Numbered from the stretch's first letter, positions 1 to 9,977 are shown. The stretch is DNA of 64,000 nt from Nanobdellati archaeon (GCA_019429005.1 JAHYJR010000001.1:8663-72662); one strand, 5' to 3'. Program-made: numbers and translations. The notes: generated by a model not told the origin, from the sequence alone.

Positions 1-140
1 ATTATAAAAATCTATTATAAAAATCTATTATAAAAATCTATTATAAAAATCTATTATAAAAATCTATTATAAAAATCTATTATAAAAATCTATTATAAAA
101 ATCTATTATAAAAATCTATTATAAAAATCTATTATAAAAA
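1..140. repeat. Perfect 13-bp tandem repeat (ATTATAAAAATCT) x10 plus partial; runs off the window start
   Basis: Read directly; identical units, no spacers. Confidence 0.95.
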
Positions 141-250
141 ATGTATTATAGTATAAAATCATAATAAATAGATATAATCTAAATAATTATTAATTATATA
201 ACCCAATACTATTTTAAATATTCTAACTAAATTAAATTGATATCGGTGAT

Positions 251-2242
251 TTGATGCTTATAGGTGAAGTTTTTGGAAAGACTGGAACAATACACTTTAG
301 CTTCAAGGCTTATAAAGACATTAAACGATTGGATTTTGTAACAATCAAAGATGAAAAAGGTAGATGGATACTAGGACAAGTTATAAAAGTCGAAAGTGAA
401 TCAGAAGACAAAAAAACAATAGTTAATACTGCATATACTAAAGTAATTGGTTTCAGAAATGAAGAAGGTATGCTTATGACACTTAAACGTGCAATAAGAC
501 CAAATTCGCTTGTATATACTGCAGATAAAAAAATAATACAAGACACATTAAAACTAACACGCAATGGCTTATATATGGGTCTTCTTGATGCAAATAAAGA
601 TACTGAAGTCTATTTAAATCCAAAAGACCTCGTAAGTAAACATTTGGCTGTATTGGCATCAACTGGTGCAGGAAAATCATATACTGTGGGCGTAATTTTG
701 GAAGAATTACTTGAGAAAAAAATACCAATTATAATCCTTGATCCTCACGGTGAATATGTAAGTTTAAGATTTGCAAATGATAATGAAGACGAAATCAAAA
801 ACATGGAAATGTATAATATCAAACCAAAAGGCTATAATGTTATGGAATATAGTCCAGACCCTAGAATAAACCCAGGTGCAGAACAATTAACATTCAGTGA
901 TATTAACCTTGAAGCTGTTGAACTCCAACAAATTATGCCATCAAAAACATCTAATGCACAAATGGGTCTTATATATACAGCAATAAGAGATTTAAAATCA
1001 CGTGATAGCGAATATTCATTATCCCAAATAATATCACAAATTGATACTTTAGACAGCCCAGCAAAATGGAACATCATAAATATGCTAGATATAGTAAAAG
1101 ATATTGGTATATTTTCTGAAACACCAACACAAATTGAAGATCTTGTAAAACCAGGTCAAGCATCAATCATAAACTTACGAGGAATTTCACCAGAAATACA
1201 AGGAATGGTCGCATATAAACTTACAAAAGATCTTTTTGAACTTAGAAAAATTGGACGTATACCTCCTTTATTTTTAATATTAGAAGAAGCACATAATTTT
1301 TGCCCAGAAAGAGAAGTAATTGCACCAACAAAAATAATAAGAACAATTGCAAGTGAAGGTCGTAAATTTGGTATGGGTCTCTGCGTCATATCACAAAGAC
1401 CTGCAAGAGTTGATAAAAGTGTCTTATCACAATGTAACACACAAATTATACTAAAAATTACAAACCCTAATGATATTAAAGCTGTAAGTTATGCAGAAGG
1501 TATGCTTGAAGGTATGGAAAAAGAAATTAAAAGTCTTAACCCTGGAACCGCTTTAATACTAGGTATGGAACTACCACTTTTTGTTGATATCAGAGTTAGA
1601 AGAACAAGACATGGTGGTGTTACTGTAAACATAACAGATCAACCAAAAACAGGGAAAAAAATACTTTCATTAAGAACAGTATCAAGAGAAACTGTTGAAC
1701 AAAGACTAGGTATACTAAAAACAGTATATTATCCTTGCTACCACATAATAAGCGGCACAAGATCATATCTTTTTGAAGGTATGGAAGGAAACATAATATA
1801 TTATGATAAAAGTGGTATGAAACAACAAAATATAGATTTGGATGAAAATGAAACTGAAGTATTATCTGCAATCAAAGATGAAAGTGATAGCGAGTCCCTA
1901 ATTGAAAAAACAACATTATCACTTGGCGATATAAACTTAGCTGTAAAAAATCTTACAAAAAAAGGCTATGTCAGTACTGAAACAAATAATAACACAGGTG
2001 ATGAAATTATCAAAAGAAACTCAAAATCACATGATACTTTGATGACATCAAAACTCAAACCAGAATTTGTAATAATTGATGGTGAACTAATAAAACCTAA
2101 AATATCAGGTCAACAATCAGAAAGAAAAGCTAAAGCAATACTTGGAGCAATAGATTCTATTAAACTCATTTATTATCCTTATTATCTAGGTAAAAATTTT
2201 ATGGTAGATGCAGTAACAGGAATTAAAAAAAATTTTAGTTAA
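251..2242 (+). CDS. HerA/DUF87-family ATPase with N-terminal HAS-barrel and C-terminal winged-helix-like extension
   Basis: KHLAVLASTGAGKS Walker A, LDPHGEY, LILEEAHNF Walker B, EGRKFG...SQRP motifs. Confidence 0.85.
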   Translation: MMLIGEVFGKTGTIHFSFKAYKDIKRLDFVTIKDEKGRWILGQVIKVESESEDKKTIVNTAYTKVIGFRNEEGMLMTLKRAIRPNSLVYTADKKIIQDTLKLTRNGLYMGLLDANKDTEVYLNPKDLVSKHLAVLASTGAGKSYTVGVILEELLEKKIPIIILDPHGEYVSLRFANDNEDEIKNMEMYNIKPKGYNVMEYSPDPRINPGAEQLTFSDINLEAVELQQIMPSKTSNAQMGLIYTAIRDLKSRDSEYSLSQIISQIDTLDSPAKWNIINMLDIVKDIGIFSETPTQIEDLVKPGQASIINLRGISPEIQGMVAYKLTKDLFELRKIGRIPPLFLILEEAHNFCPEREVIAPTKIIRTIASEGRKFGMGLCVISQRPARVDKSVLSQCNTQIILKITNPNDIKAVSYAEGMLEGMEKEIKSLNPGTALILGMELPLFVDIRVRRTRHGGVTVNITDQPKTGKKILSLRTVSRETVEQRLGILKTVYYPCYHIISGTRSYLFEGMEGNIIYYDKSGMKQQNIDLDENETEVLSAIKDESDSESLIEKTTLSLGDINLAVKNLTKKGYVSTETNNNTGDEIIKRNSKSHDTLMTSKLKPEFVIIDGELIKPKISGQQSERKAKAILGAIDSIKLIYYPYYLGKNFMVDAVTGIKKNFS

Positions 2243-2309
2243 TCTTATAAAAATAATCTTATAAAACACTAACTAGATTTTATAATCTAATATAAATTAT
2301 ATTTATAAC

Positions 2310-3050
2310 GTGAACATAATGGCAAAAAAAGAATTAAAAATACTCTGTACTGCAGATATTCACACAGACCATAAATTAGCCGAAGCAATATTAAATACAA
2401 TAAAAGAACACAAAATTGATGTATATATAGGCGCAGGAGATTTCCATTCAAAAGAATTCACCGAAAATTTCCTTAAAAAAATTAAAACTAGAGGCTTTGT
2501 AGTATCTGGTAACTGGGATCATGTAACATTCAAAAATAAATATATATCATCAATGGATTTTGGTATTGAAGAACATCAAGGTTATTACTTTTTTGGAGTT
2601 GGAAATAGTATATATTATAATTTTAATGAAATTGCAATGGAAATAACAAAACATATTGACCCTAAAAAACTTATTTTTATAACACATTACCCACCATACA
2701 AAGTTCTTGATAAGATCTGGAGCGGGCGCCATGTCGGTTATCCCGAATTTACAGATTTCATTGAAGATAAAAAACCCGCATTACACGTCTTTGGTCATAT
2801 ACACGAAGATCATGGCCATAAAAGAATTGGAAAGACACTCGCAGTAAACTGTTCTCTTGCAGATGAAAGAAAACTTTATATCATATCATTACCATCTCAA
2901 AAAATAACAAAAATAGATGTTGAGAAAATGCTTAACAAAATTAAAAAATCTGAAAAAACTAATAAAACTAAAGTAATAAAAACGATAACAAAAAAAGAAA
3001 CAACTAAAAAACCTGAAATAAAAATCAAAAAAAATAAATTAAAAAAATAA
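2310..3050 (+). CDS. Calcineurin-like metallophosphoesterase with Lys-rich tail
   Basis: ADIH, AGDF, GNWD, THYPP, GHIHE motifs. Confidence 0.85.
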   Translation: MNIMAKKELKILCTADIHTDHKLAEAILNTIKEHKIDVYIGAGDFHSKEFTENFLKKIKTRGFVVSGNWDHVTFKNKYISSMDFGIEEHQGYYFFGVGNSIYYNFNEIAMEITKHIDPKKLIFITHYPPYKVLDKIWSGRHVGYPEFTDFIEDKKPALHVFGHIHEDHGHKRIGKTLAVNCSLADERKLYIISLPSQKITKIDVEKMLNKIKKSEKTNKTKVIKTITKKETTKKPEIKIKKNKLKK

Positions 3051-3052
3051 AT

Positions 3053-3124
3053 GGGCCGATAGTTCAGTGGTAGAATGCCTGCTCGGCATGCAGGAGGCCG
3101 CGAGTTCAAATCTCGCTCGGTCCA
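3053..3124 (+). tRNA. tRNA-Ala(GGC)
   Basis: Cloverleaf GGGCCGA/TCGGTCC with G3:U70, anticodon arm CCTGC-TCGGCAT-GCAGG, T-loop TTCAAAT. Confidence 0.93.
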
Positions 3125-3170
3125 TTATAACAACAAATTCTCTAAAAAGGTCATTCATTTTTATCCACCT

Positions 3171-3265
3171 CACTTAAAGAAAATAATGTGCCAACATCAC
3201 ACGGCTATCTTCAAAATGTAATATTTTTTTATTTAACACTTAAAGAAAATAATGTGCCAACATCA
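3171..3265. repeat. 29-bp direct repeat (CACTTAAAGAAAATAATGTGCCAACATCA) at 3171-3199 and 3237-3265, duplicating the proB 3' end
   Basis: Direct sequence comparison. Confidence 0.85.
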
Positions 3266-3740
3266 TCCCCATTCAAAATTTCTTTTATAACACAATCTCT
3301 ATTGATATTCGAAACAACTGTCATAATATTTGATTTGGCTGCAACTTGAGCAGCAATAATCTTTGACTGCATACCACCTGTACCAAAATCAGATTTAACA
3401 CTACTTATAACACCATAAACTGTTGAATTGATATTATCAACAAAAGAAACAACATCTTTAGTTTCAACATCGCGATACAAACCATCAACATTAGATAAGA
3501 TTATAAGTAAATCGGCATTAAACAATTCAGAAACCTGTACTGATAAAATATCATTATCACCAAAAGTTATTTCATCGGTAGAAATCGAATCATTCTCATT
3601 TATTATTGGAACTAAATTTAGAGAAACTAATTTATCTAACAGATTTTTAAGAATTAATTTCCGTTTACAATCCACAAAATCTAAATTTGTAAGAAGAAGT
3701 TGAGATACATAAACACCATATTTCCAAAAAACAATCAATA
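3229..3740 (-). pseudogene. proB: Glutamate 5-kinase, N-terminally truncated remnant
   Basis: VPIINEND, FGDNDILS, LSNVDGLY, GTGGMQSK present; the N-terminal VVKxG and VSSGA motifs are absent. Confidence 0.75.
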
Positions 3741-3889
3741 TATGACCGCAAAAGAAGAATATTGAATTGGCAAATATTGTAAATAAATCAAAAATAAACC
3801 AACATCTTGCCAAGACTAAAAAATCCAAAAATTCAAGAAAAAATATAAACAAACAAAAAGCAAATTTAAGGTAAAACTTACCGTAAAAA

Positions 3890-4471
3890 TTAATCTAAAT
3901 CGATTTTTTTTGAATCATTACAACCTTCACAAAGCCATCGTCCATCAGCATCAATAAGCTCATCAGAAATATTCCCACAATCTTCACAAATACCTCGTAT
4001 ACTCTTTGATACCTCATGACCCTCTTCTTGCATATCATATTTTGCATTAAAGACTTCAATTAGCGCTGGAACAATCTTTGTAATATCAGTTTCAGTTATA
4101 ATACCTACAAGATTATCATCTGAATCAATTACAGGTACACGACCTATACGATTAGAATACATCTTATCAGCCACATCTGAAATCTTTTCGTCAGGACCAA
4201 CACTAAAAAGTTTTGAAGTCATAATATCTTTTACTTTAAACTGACTTGGAATTTTATTTTCAGAAACAATATTATTTATGATATCCTTATCGGTAACAAG
4301 ACCAATAACATCATTATTTTCAACTACGACAAGACCACGAATATTATATAATTTTAAGAAATGTGCAGCCTCTTTAACTGATTTTTCAGACTCAATAACA
4401 ATAACTTTTTTTGTCATAATCTCTGAAACCTTAATTTCTTCATTATCGGAATGCATACCAAATATATACAA
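3890..4471 (-). CDS. CBS-pair protein with C-terminal Zn ribbon
   Basis: Two CBS repeats plus GICEDCG...LCEGC. Confidence 0.9.
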   Translation of the reverse strand: MYIFGMHSDNEEIKVSEIMTKKVIVIESEKSVKEAAHFLKLYNIRGLVVVENNDVIGLVTDKDIINNIVSENKIPSQFKVKDIMTSKLFSVGPDEKISDVADKMYSNRIGRVPVIDSDDNLVGIITETDITKIVPALIEVFNAKYDMQEEGHEVSKSIRGICEDCGNISDELIDADGRWLCEGCNDSKKIDLD

Positions 4472-4501
4472 TTGATAATTATAAAAAGATATGTAAAATT
4501 G

Positions 4502-4792
4502 TTAAAATTTCAGACTATAAAGATCTTGTCTAATATCTCTAAGAGACTTCCTTTTGTCAATTATATCCTTTTTCACTAACAGTTGTAAAGCATATCGTAC
4601 AGTTCTATCAGGAAGACTTGTAAGCTCAATAAGTTCTTTCTGTGTCAATTGCTCACCTTCATACTGAAGCATTTTATATACAAACTTAGCACTAGGTGGA
4701 AGATCGTCAAGGTCTTGTCCATAAGTCTCAATCTTCTTTTTCAATTTTCCAGTAATCTTAGAAAATTTGCCACTATCAAAACGCACAAACAA
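4502..4792 (-). CDS. Winged helix-turn-helix domain (C-terminal part of a disrupted NAD kinase fusion)
   Basis: DLPPSAKFVYKMLQYEG...TQKELI...LPDRTVRYAL...DIRQDLYSL archaeal wHTH pattern. Confidence 0.7.
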   Translation of the reverse strand: MFVRFDSGKFSKITGKLKKKIETYGQDLDDLPPSAKFVYKMLQYEGEQLTQKELIELTSLPDRTVRYALQLLVKKDIIDKRKSLRDIRQDLYSLKF

Positions 4793-5180
4793 TACATCTA
4801 TTGATGCTTTTTTAAATTAAACTGAATCAACATTAAGTTTAATCCGTTTCTAACCATCAAAGATTATATCATTACCAGACCCAGATGATATATTACTTAT
4901 ATTAATTATACATTTATCAGACACAATTATAGGTTTTATTGCCTGATTCATTGAATTTACAGGTATTATAAGATTCACATTTGAATTTGGTGCAACAATA
5001 GGTCCTCCTGCAGAAAGCGAATAAACGGTAGATCCCATTGGTGTCGATACAATAAACAATCCGCACCATCCCTAAAAACAAACTCACCATCAATACCATG
5101 CACAATAACATGAACAGTTATACCTAGTTGTGCCTGTTTGAGATGATTACAAAGAGTCTCTAGATTATGTTTAAATACCA
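4793..5180 (-). pseudogene. nadK: NAD kinase remnant (frameshift, two in-frame stops, N-terminus lost)
   Basis: IDGE...AD then -1 frameshift into IVSTPMGSTVYSLSAGGPIV; DG* in place of DGQ; TAG 4850-4852 and TAA 4817-4819. Confidence 0.75.
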
Positions 5181-5366
5181 TCATACCAACTAATACTATT
5201 TTTTTATTAATTATAAAATCTATATAAAATTGAAAATAAATAAATAAAATAAATACACAATTATTTAACAAAACCCAACAATTATCAATACATTTAAAAA
5301 ACTTCTATCAATAATTATGGTTTAGACTAGAACAGTTATCTTAACGTTTCTAGATTGGTGATATAA

Positions 5367-5822
5367 ATGGCAAGAATGCATTCAAGAAAAAAGGGAAACG
5401 CAGGTAGTACTAAACCAGTTGATAAGACAGTACCAATATGGGTTGAATACAAAGCAGATGAAGTTGAAAGACTTATTATAAAACTCAAAAAAGAGGATAA
5501 AGATTCCGCTTTGATTGGAACAATATTGAAAGATCAATACGGTATCCCTTCTGTAAAAGCATTAACAGGAAACAGTATTTCTAACATCATTGAACAAAAT
5601 GGTCTTAAAAGAGAACTTCCTGAAGATCTTAGAAATCTTATGGTAAAAGCTGTAAACATAAAAGACCATATGGAAAACAACAAAAAAGATTTAAGATCAA
5701 AAAGAGGTCTTAACCTTGTTGAAGCAAAAATCAGAAGACTAGGTAAATATTATACTAAAACAAAAGTATTGGCTCCAAAATGGGTATATAATCCAAAGAG
5801 AGCAAAAATTGCAATACAGTGA
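5367..5822 (+). CDS. rps15: 30S ribosomal protein S15 (uS15)
   Basis: MARMHSRKKG...LPEDL...KDLRSKRGL...KIRRLGKYY. Confidence 0.97.
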   Translation: MARMHSRKKGNAGSTKPVDKTVPIWVEYKADEVERLIIKLKKEDKDSALIGTILKDQYGIPSVKALTGNSISNIIEQNGLKRELPEDLRNLMVKAVNIKDHMENNKKDLRSKRGLNLVEAKIRRLGKYYTKTKVLAPKWVYNPKRAKIAIQ

Positions 5823-5860
5823 TCTTTTAGATCACATTTTTTCTTTTTTTTCTTTTTATT
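5819..5860 (+). terminator. Hairpin GTGATCT/AGATCAC plus T-tract after rps15
   Basis: Inverted repeat overlapping the TGA stop, followed by a long T run. Confidence 0.6.
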
Positions 5861-5864
5861 AAAG

Positions 5865-7028
5865 CTATTCTTTTACCAAAAATATATAGAATAAACTAAA
5901 TATTGACGCAATAATAAAAGATAAAATAAAAGGATAAAACTCAAAATAAAATATTACCATTAAAATAGGCATAAAAACACACCTACTAAGATTATAAATT
6001 ATTTCTCTCTGAACAATAAATTTAAAATAATCTCTTTTTACAGCAACATCATAAAGATACGCAGACCATGGAATAATCAATACTTTTTCAGAGAAATTTT
6101 TATATGAATCAACAATAAACACCTTAAATGGCGTATTTACAAAAATCCGTCCAATCCAACCTATAAAATAAAAAATTGTTGCAAACTTAAGCACCTTTCG
6201 CTTATCAAAATGATCTGTCATAACACCTATAAAATAAAATAAAAATAATGAAAAGACCAATGATGCTGAAAACACAAGACCTACAGATTCTATATCTAAC
6301 ATCAAAATTATTAAAAATATAGGCCATATAACACGACCAATTATAGACTCGATTGCATATCCTGAAAAACTTAATAACATGTTACGATCTGTAACAGATG
6401 AAATTAAACCTAACAATCCTAAATTTTCAAAATGCACCTTTTCATAAGAATCTTTTGTCATAAATAAAGGGAATACCGAAATAATAAGAATTATTGAACC
6501 AAAAACAAAAAGAGGAGAATAACCAAATAAACCAATAATAATAGCACCAATAAACGGTGCACAAACACTTGAAATCATAGATAACATATAGATTAATGCA
6601 AGCTCACGACCACGTTTACCTTTACTAGAATGTTCTACATAATTAAGATGAAATCCAAAATTAAACAATATCATCCTTAAAGAAAACAATATAGGTAAAA
6701 TATAAAATAAGAGTGGAAACACTACAATATATTGCAAACCAAAATAATAACTAACAAGAAAAAATGTACTAACAAATATAGAATGCTTAACACCAAACCT
6801 TGAAATAAATCTCGCACCCATAAACGAAAATACAACAAAACTTACTGAAATCATAAAAAAATAAAAAATTATAGATACTATTGAAAACCCTAAATTATAC
6901 AAATAAATAGGAACAAAAATAGATATCAAACTTTCAGCAAAAGACATAATTGAAAAAGACAAATAGATTTCATCCATATCCTTATTTTTAAAAAAATCAT
7001 GTATTGCATGATGTGAATAAAAAGACAT
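5865..7028 (-). CDS. MFS transporter
   Basis: Many TM segments; MFS loop motifs (RFISRFGVK, MTDHFDKRK). Confidence 0.8.
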   Translation of the reverse strand: MSFYSHHAIHDFFKNKDMDEIYLSFSIMSFAESLISIFVPIYLYNLGFSIVSIIFYFFMISVSFVVFSFMGARFISRFGVKHSIFVSTFFLVSYYFGLQYIVVFPLLFYILPILFSLRMILFNFGFHLNYVEHSSKGKRGRELALIYMLSMISSVCAPFIGAIIIGLFGYSPLFVFGSIILIISVFPLFMTKDSYEKVHFENLGLLGLISSVTDRNMLLSFSGYAIESIIGRVIWPIFLIILMLDIESVGLVFSASLVFSLFLFYFIGVMTDHFDKRKVLKFATIFYFIGWIGRIFVNTPFKVFIVDSYKNFSEKVLIIPWSAYLYDVAVKRDYFKFIVQREIIYNLSRCVFMPILMVIFYFEFYPFILSFIIASIFSLFYIFLVKE

Positions 7029-7051
7029 AGACTAAATAAGTGTTAAATAAC

Positions 7052-7186
7052 ATATAAATCTTAAATTAAATATAAATCTTAAATTAAATATAAATCTTAA
7101 ATTAAATATAAATCTTAAATTAAATATAAATCTTAAATTAAATATAAATCTTAAATTAAATATAAATCTTAAATTAAATATAAATC
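7052..7186. repeat. Perfect 18-bp tandem repeat (ATATAAATCTTAAATTAA) x7.5
   Basis: Read directly; lies between divergent genes. Confidence 0.95.
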
Positions 7187-7227
7187 ATAAAAAACATAAT
7201 ACTTTAATATCTACACACAACAAAATA

Positions 7228-8610
7228 TTGATGATACATCAAAAAATAGAAGATATTTCTAAACTTGCTGCAAAAAAAATTATAGATGAAAAAGGTAAAA
7301 TTCTTATAGTTTCACATTTTGATGCAGATGGTATCTGTGCAGGGTCTTTAGCATACAAAGCATTAGGTAATATTGGGAAAAAATGTGATATCCAATTTAT
7401 AAAACAGCTTGAACTGGACATTTTAAAAGAAATTGCAAAGGTTGATGCCGATTTATTCTGGTTTACAGACCTTGGAAGTGGACAAATAAATAATATTAAC
7501 AAATACATTAAAGGTAAAAAAATCATAATAACAGATCACCATAATATAGATAACACAAAATCTGAAAATAATGAAAATGATATTATCCATATAAACCCAC
7601 ATCTTGTAGATATCGACGGTACAGACGAAATAAGTGGTGCGGGAACAACATATATATTAGCCTCAAAAATATCAAAAGACATTGATGAATTCATATACCT
7701 TGCATTAGCAGGTGCGGTAGGAGACATACAAAAGAAAAATGGCATATTTAAATCATTAAATAAAAAAATATTAAAAAAAGCTATAAAACTCAAAAGAATC
7801 AATGCAAATAAAGGATTACGACTTTTTGGACGAAGTAGCAAACCATTACACAAATGTCTACAATATTGCAGAGAACCAAAAATACCAAAAATTGCAGACA
7901 ATGAAATGAAAGCCATAAAATTCATAAAAAACTTAAATATCCCAATAAAACAAACAAATGGCGAATGGACAAGGTTAATTGATCTTGACAAAAAACAAGA
8001 AACCGAATTGTCAACAGCGATATTACTTGCAGCAAATGTAACATCAAATGAAACCCATATTATCGGTTGTGTGTATATACTTCCCAATAATTTTGAGATA
8101 CGTGAATTTGCAACGATGTTAAATGCATGTGGTCGAATGGGTAAATCTGAAGAAGGTATGAAACTTTGCCTAAATATGCGAAACTCTATTGATGATATAC
8201 TTATTGATTATAAACGTAAAATTGCAGAATCACTCACATGGGCATCACAAAATAAAGATGCAATAACAAAAACAGACATAGCGTCCTACCTAATCGCAAA
8301 AAACAATATAGATGATAATTTTATAGGTACTGTAATCTCAATCCAATCCTATTCTAAAACCGATAGATATATCTTGATAGGGCTAGCAGATAGTGATAAT
8401 GGTATAAAGGTCTCTGGAAGAGTTTCAGATAACCTTAAAAATAAGATTAATTTGGGTGCAGCACTAAAAAAAGTGTCTGAAGAGCTAAAAGGCGAAGGTG
8501 GTGGACATAATCTTGCAGGTGGTGCAAAAATACCGAAAGGTAGTGAAGAAAGATTTATAAAATTGTTGGATAACTTATTAAAAGAACAATTAAATAATAA
8601 TAGTTCTTAA
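7228..8610 (+). CDS. DHH-family phosphoesterase, RecJ/Cdc45-like
   Basis: SHFDADG, TDLGSG, TDHH, GGGHNLAGGA; conserved rps15/rps3Ae neighbourhood. Confidence 0.9.
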   Translation: MMIHQKIEDISKLAAKKIIDEKGKILIVSHFDADGICAGSLAYKALGNIGKKCDIQFIKQLELDILKEIAKVDADLFWFTDLGSGQINNINKYIKGKKIIITDHHNIDNTKSENNENDIIHINPHLVDIDGTDEISGAGTTYILASKISKDIDEFIYLALAGAVGDIQKKNGIFKSLNKKILKKAIKLKRINANKGLRLFGRSSKPLHKCLQYCREPKIPKIADNEMKAIKFIKNLNIPIKQTNGEWTRLIDLDKKQETELSTAILLAANVTSNETHIIGCVYILPNNFEIREFATMLNACGRMGKSEEGMKLCLNMRNSIDDILIDYKRKIAESLTWASQNKDAITKTDIASYLIAKNNIDDNFIGTVISIQSYSKTDRYILIGLADSDNGIKVSGRVSDNLKNKINLGAALKKVSEELKGEGGGHNLAGGAKIPKGSEERFIKLLDNLLKEQLNNNSS

Positions 8611-8665
8611 TATATTATAATTAGAAAATCATTACGTATAAACAAAATATCTGAGATGTTTACGC

Positions 8666-9316
8666 ATGGCAAGAAAAACAATAATCAAAAAAAAGATACA
8701 GAAAGTATGGTATGATATCATCGCACCTAAAATGTTTGATAATAAAAAAGTTGGAAGTACAACTTCATCAAACAAAGATCACTTAAATAACAGAATATTG
8801 AAAATACCTTTAAACGAAATTACAGGCAATTTCAAGCATTTTTATATAAATATAGTTTTAAGAATAAAAGAAGTTACTGAAAATTCAGCTATTGCAGATT
8901 ATATAGGTCAAACAATAAGAGATGATAAAATATTAAGACTCGTAAACAGATGGAGTTCTAGAATTGACTCAATTGATGATATTACAACAAAAGATAACAA
9001 AAAGATTAGAGTAAAAAGCATAGCTGTAACAAGAAGAAAAGTCAATACAACAATAAAGAGTAAAATTAGATTACTCGTTTCAGAAAAAATGAAAAATTAT
9101 TGTGAAACTAACAATTTAGAACAAATTGTAAACAGTATAAATAATACAGATATACAAAAAATAATAACAAAAGAAGCAAAAAAAATATATCCTCTAAAAG
9201 CTATTGAAGTTCGAAAAATTGAAGTGCTTAACCCACGAAAAAAAGTTATAAAAATGGCACAACCTAAAACAGATAATATCTCAATAGACAAAGAAACAAC
9301 ATCTATAGAAGCTTGA
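8666..9316 (+). CDS. rps3ae: 30S ribosomal protein S3Ae (eS1)
   Basis: KVWYDIIAPKMF, SSRID, KKIYPLKAIEVRKIEV. Confidence 0.95.
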   Translation: MARKTIIKKKIQKVWYDIIAPKMFDNKKVGSTTSSNKDHLNNRILKIPLNEITGNFKHFYINIVLRIKEVTENSAIADYIGQTIRDDKILRLVNRWSSRIDSIDDITTKDNKKIRVKSIAVTRRKVNTTIKSKIRLLVSEKMKNYCETNNLEQIVNSINNTDIQKIITKEAKKIYPLKAIEVRKIEVLNPRKKVIKMAQPKTDNISIDKETTSIEA

Positions 9317-9345
9317 TTAAATCAAGCAATCTATTTATTTTTTAA
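9311..9345 (+). terminator. Hairpin GCTTGAT/ATCAAGC plus T-tract after rps3Ae
   Basis: Inverted repeat overlapping the TGA stop. Confidence 0.55.
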
Positions 9346-9374
9346 TCTAATTAAGCTTTAAATAATAAATTTAA

Positions 9375-9977
9375 AGTATATATAATAACAAAAACCAAAT
9401 ATACAACAGATTTATTATTAATGCTAAAGACTATATCGAAAAAGATTTACTTTTTGCAATAAAAGCAATGATAATTCTGTTTAATTCTAAATTAGGTCTC
9501 GAAACAGTAATACATCACATATCAACCGAAAAGTATGGTAAAATATCTCAAAACTTCAAAACAGTTCTTAATGACATTAAAAATGGTTATTCTATTAGAA
9601 AAGCACTTGAAAAATTAAGAAATGAAACAAAATCAACAAATTTTAAAAGAATTATTGATGCACTTGAAACTTGTGAAAACAATGACACAGATATATCAAA
9701 ACGCTTAGAAAACATATCACAGCATATACTTGATGAGAAAAAAATAGAAATCAATATTTTTAATGAACGTCTAAATGTAATTCTTACAACATTTACAATA
9801 ATATTACTTATACCAATAATAACACAAACGTTCAAACTTATGTAAACAATAACAAGCACAACACTCTTTAATATAATCACAATACATGATAACATATACA
9901 TGTTCATATTTATTTCAGATATTATTGTATTATTAGCCTTTATTCCTATAATAAAAATTACAGAACCGGTGATATAA
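9375..9977 (+). pseudogene. Type II secretion F / TadC-like membrane platform, lacking its start and with an in-frame TAA at 9843-9845
   Basis: IEKDLLFAIKAM...YGKISQNF...G.SIRKAL; frame continues past the stop to ...KITEPVI* overlapping the next ATG. Confidence 0.7.

Noticed and set aside
2897-3109. 70-aa minus-strand ORF
   Set aside because: Antisense translation of tRNA-Ala and a Lys-rich tail
3171-3265. att site of an element integrated at tRNA-Ala
   Set aside because: The repeat copies proB, not the tRNA 3' end; no integrase in the window
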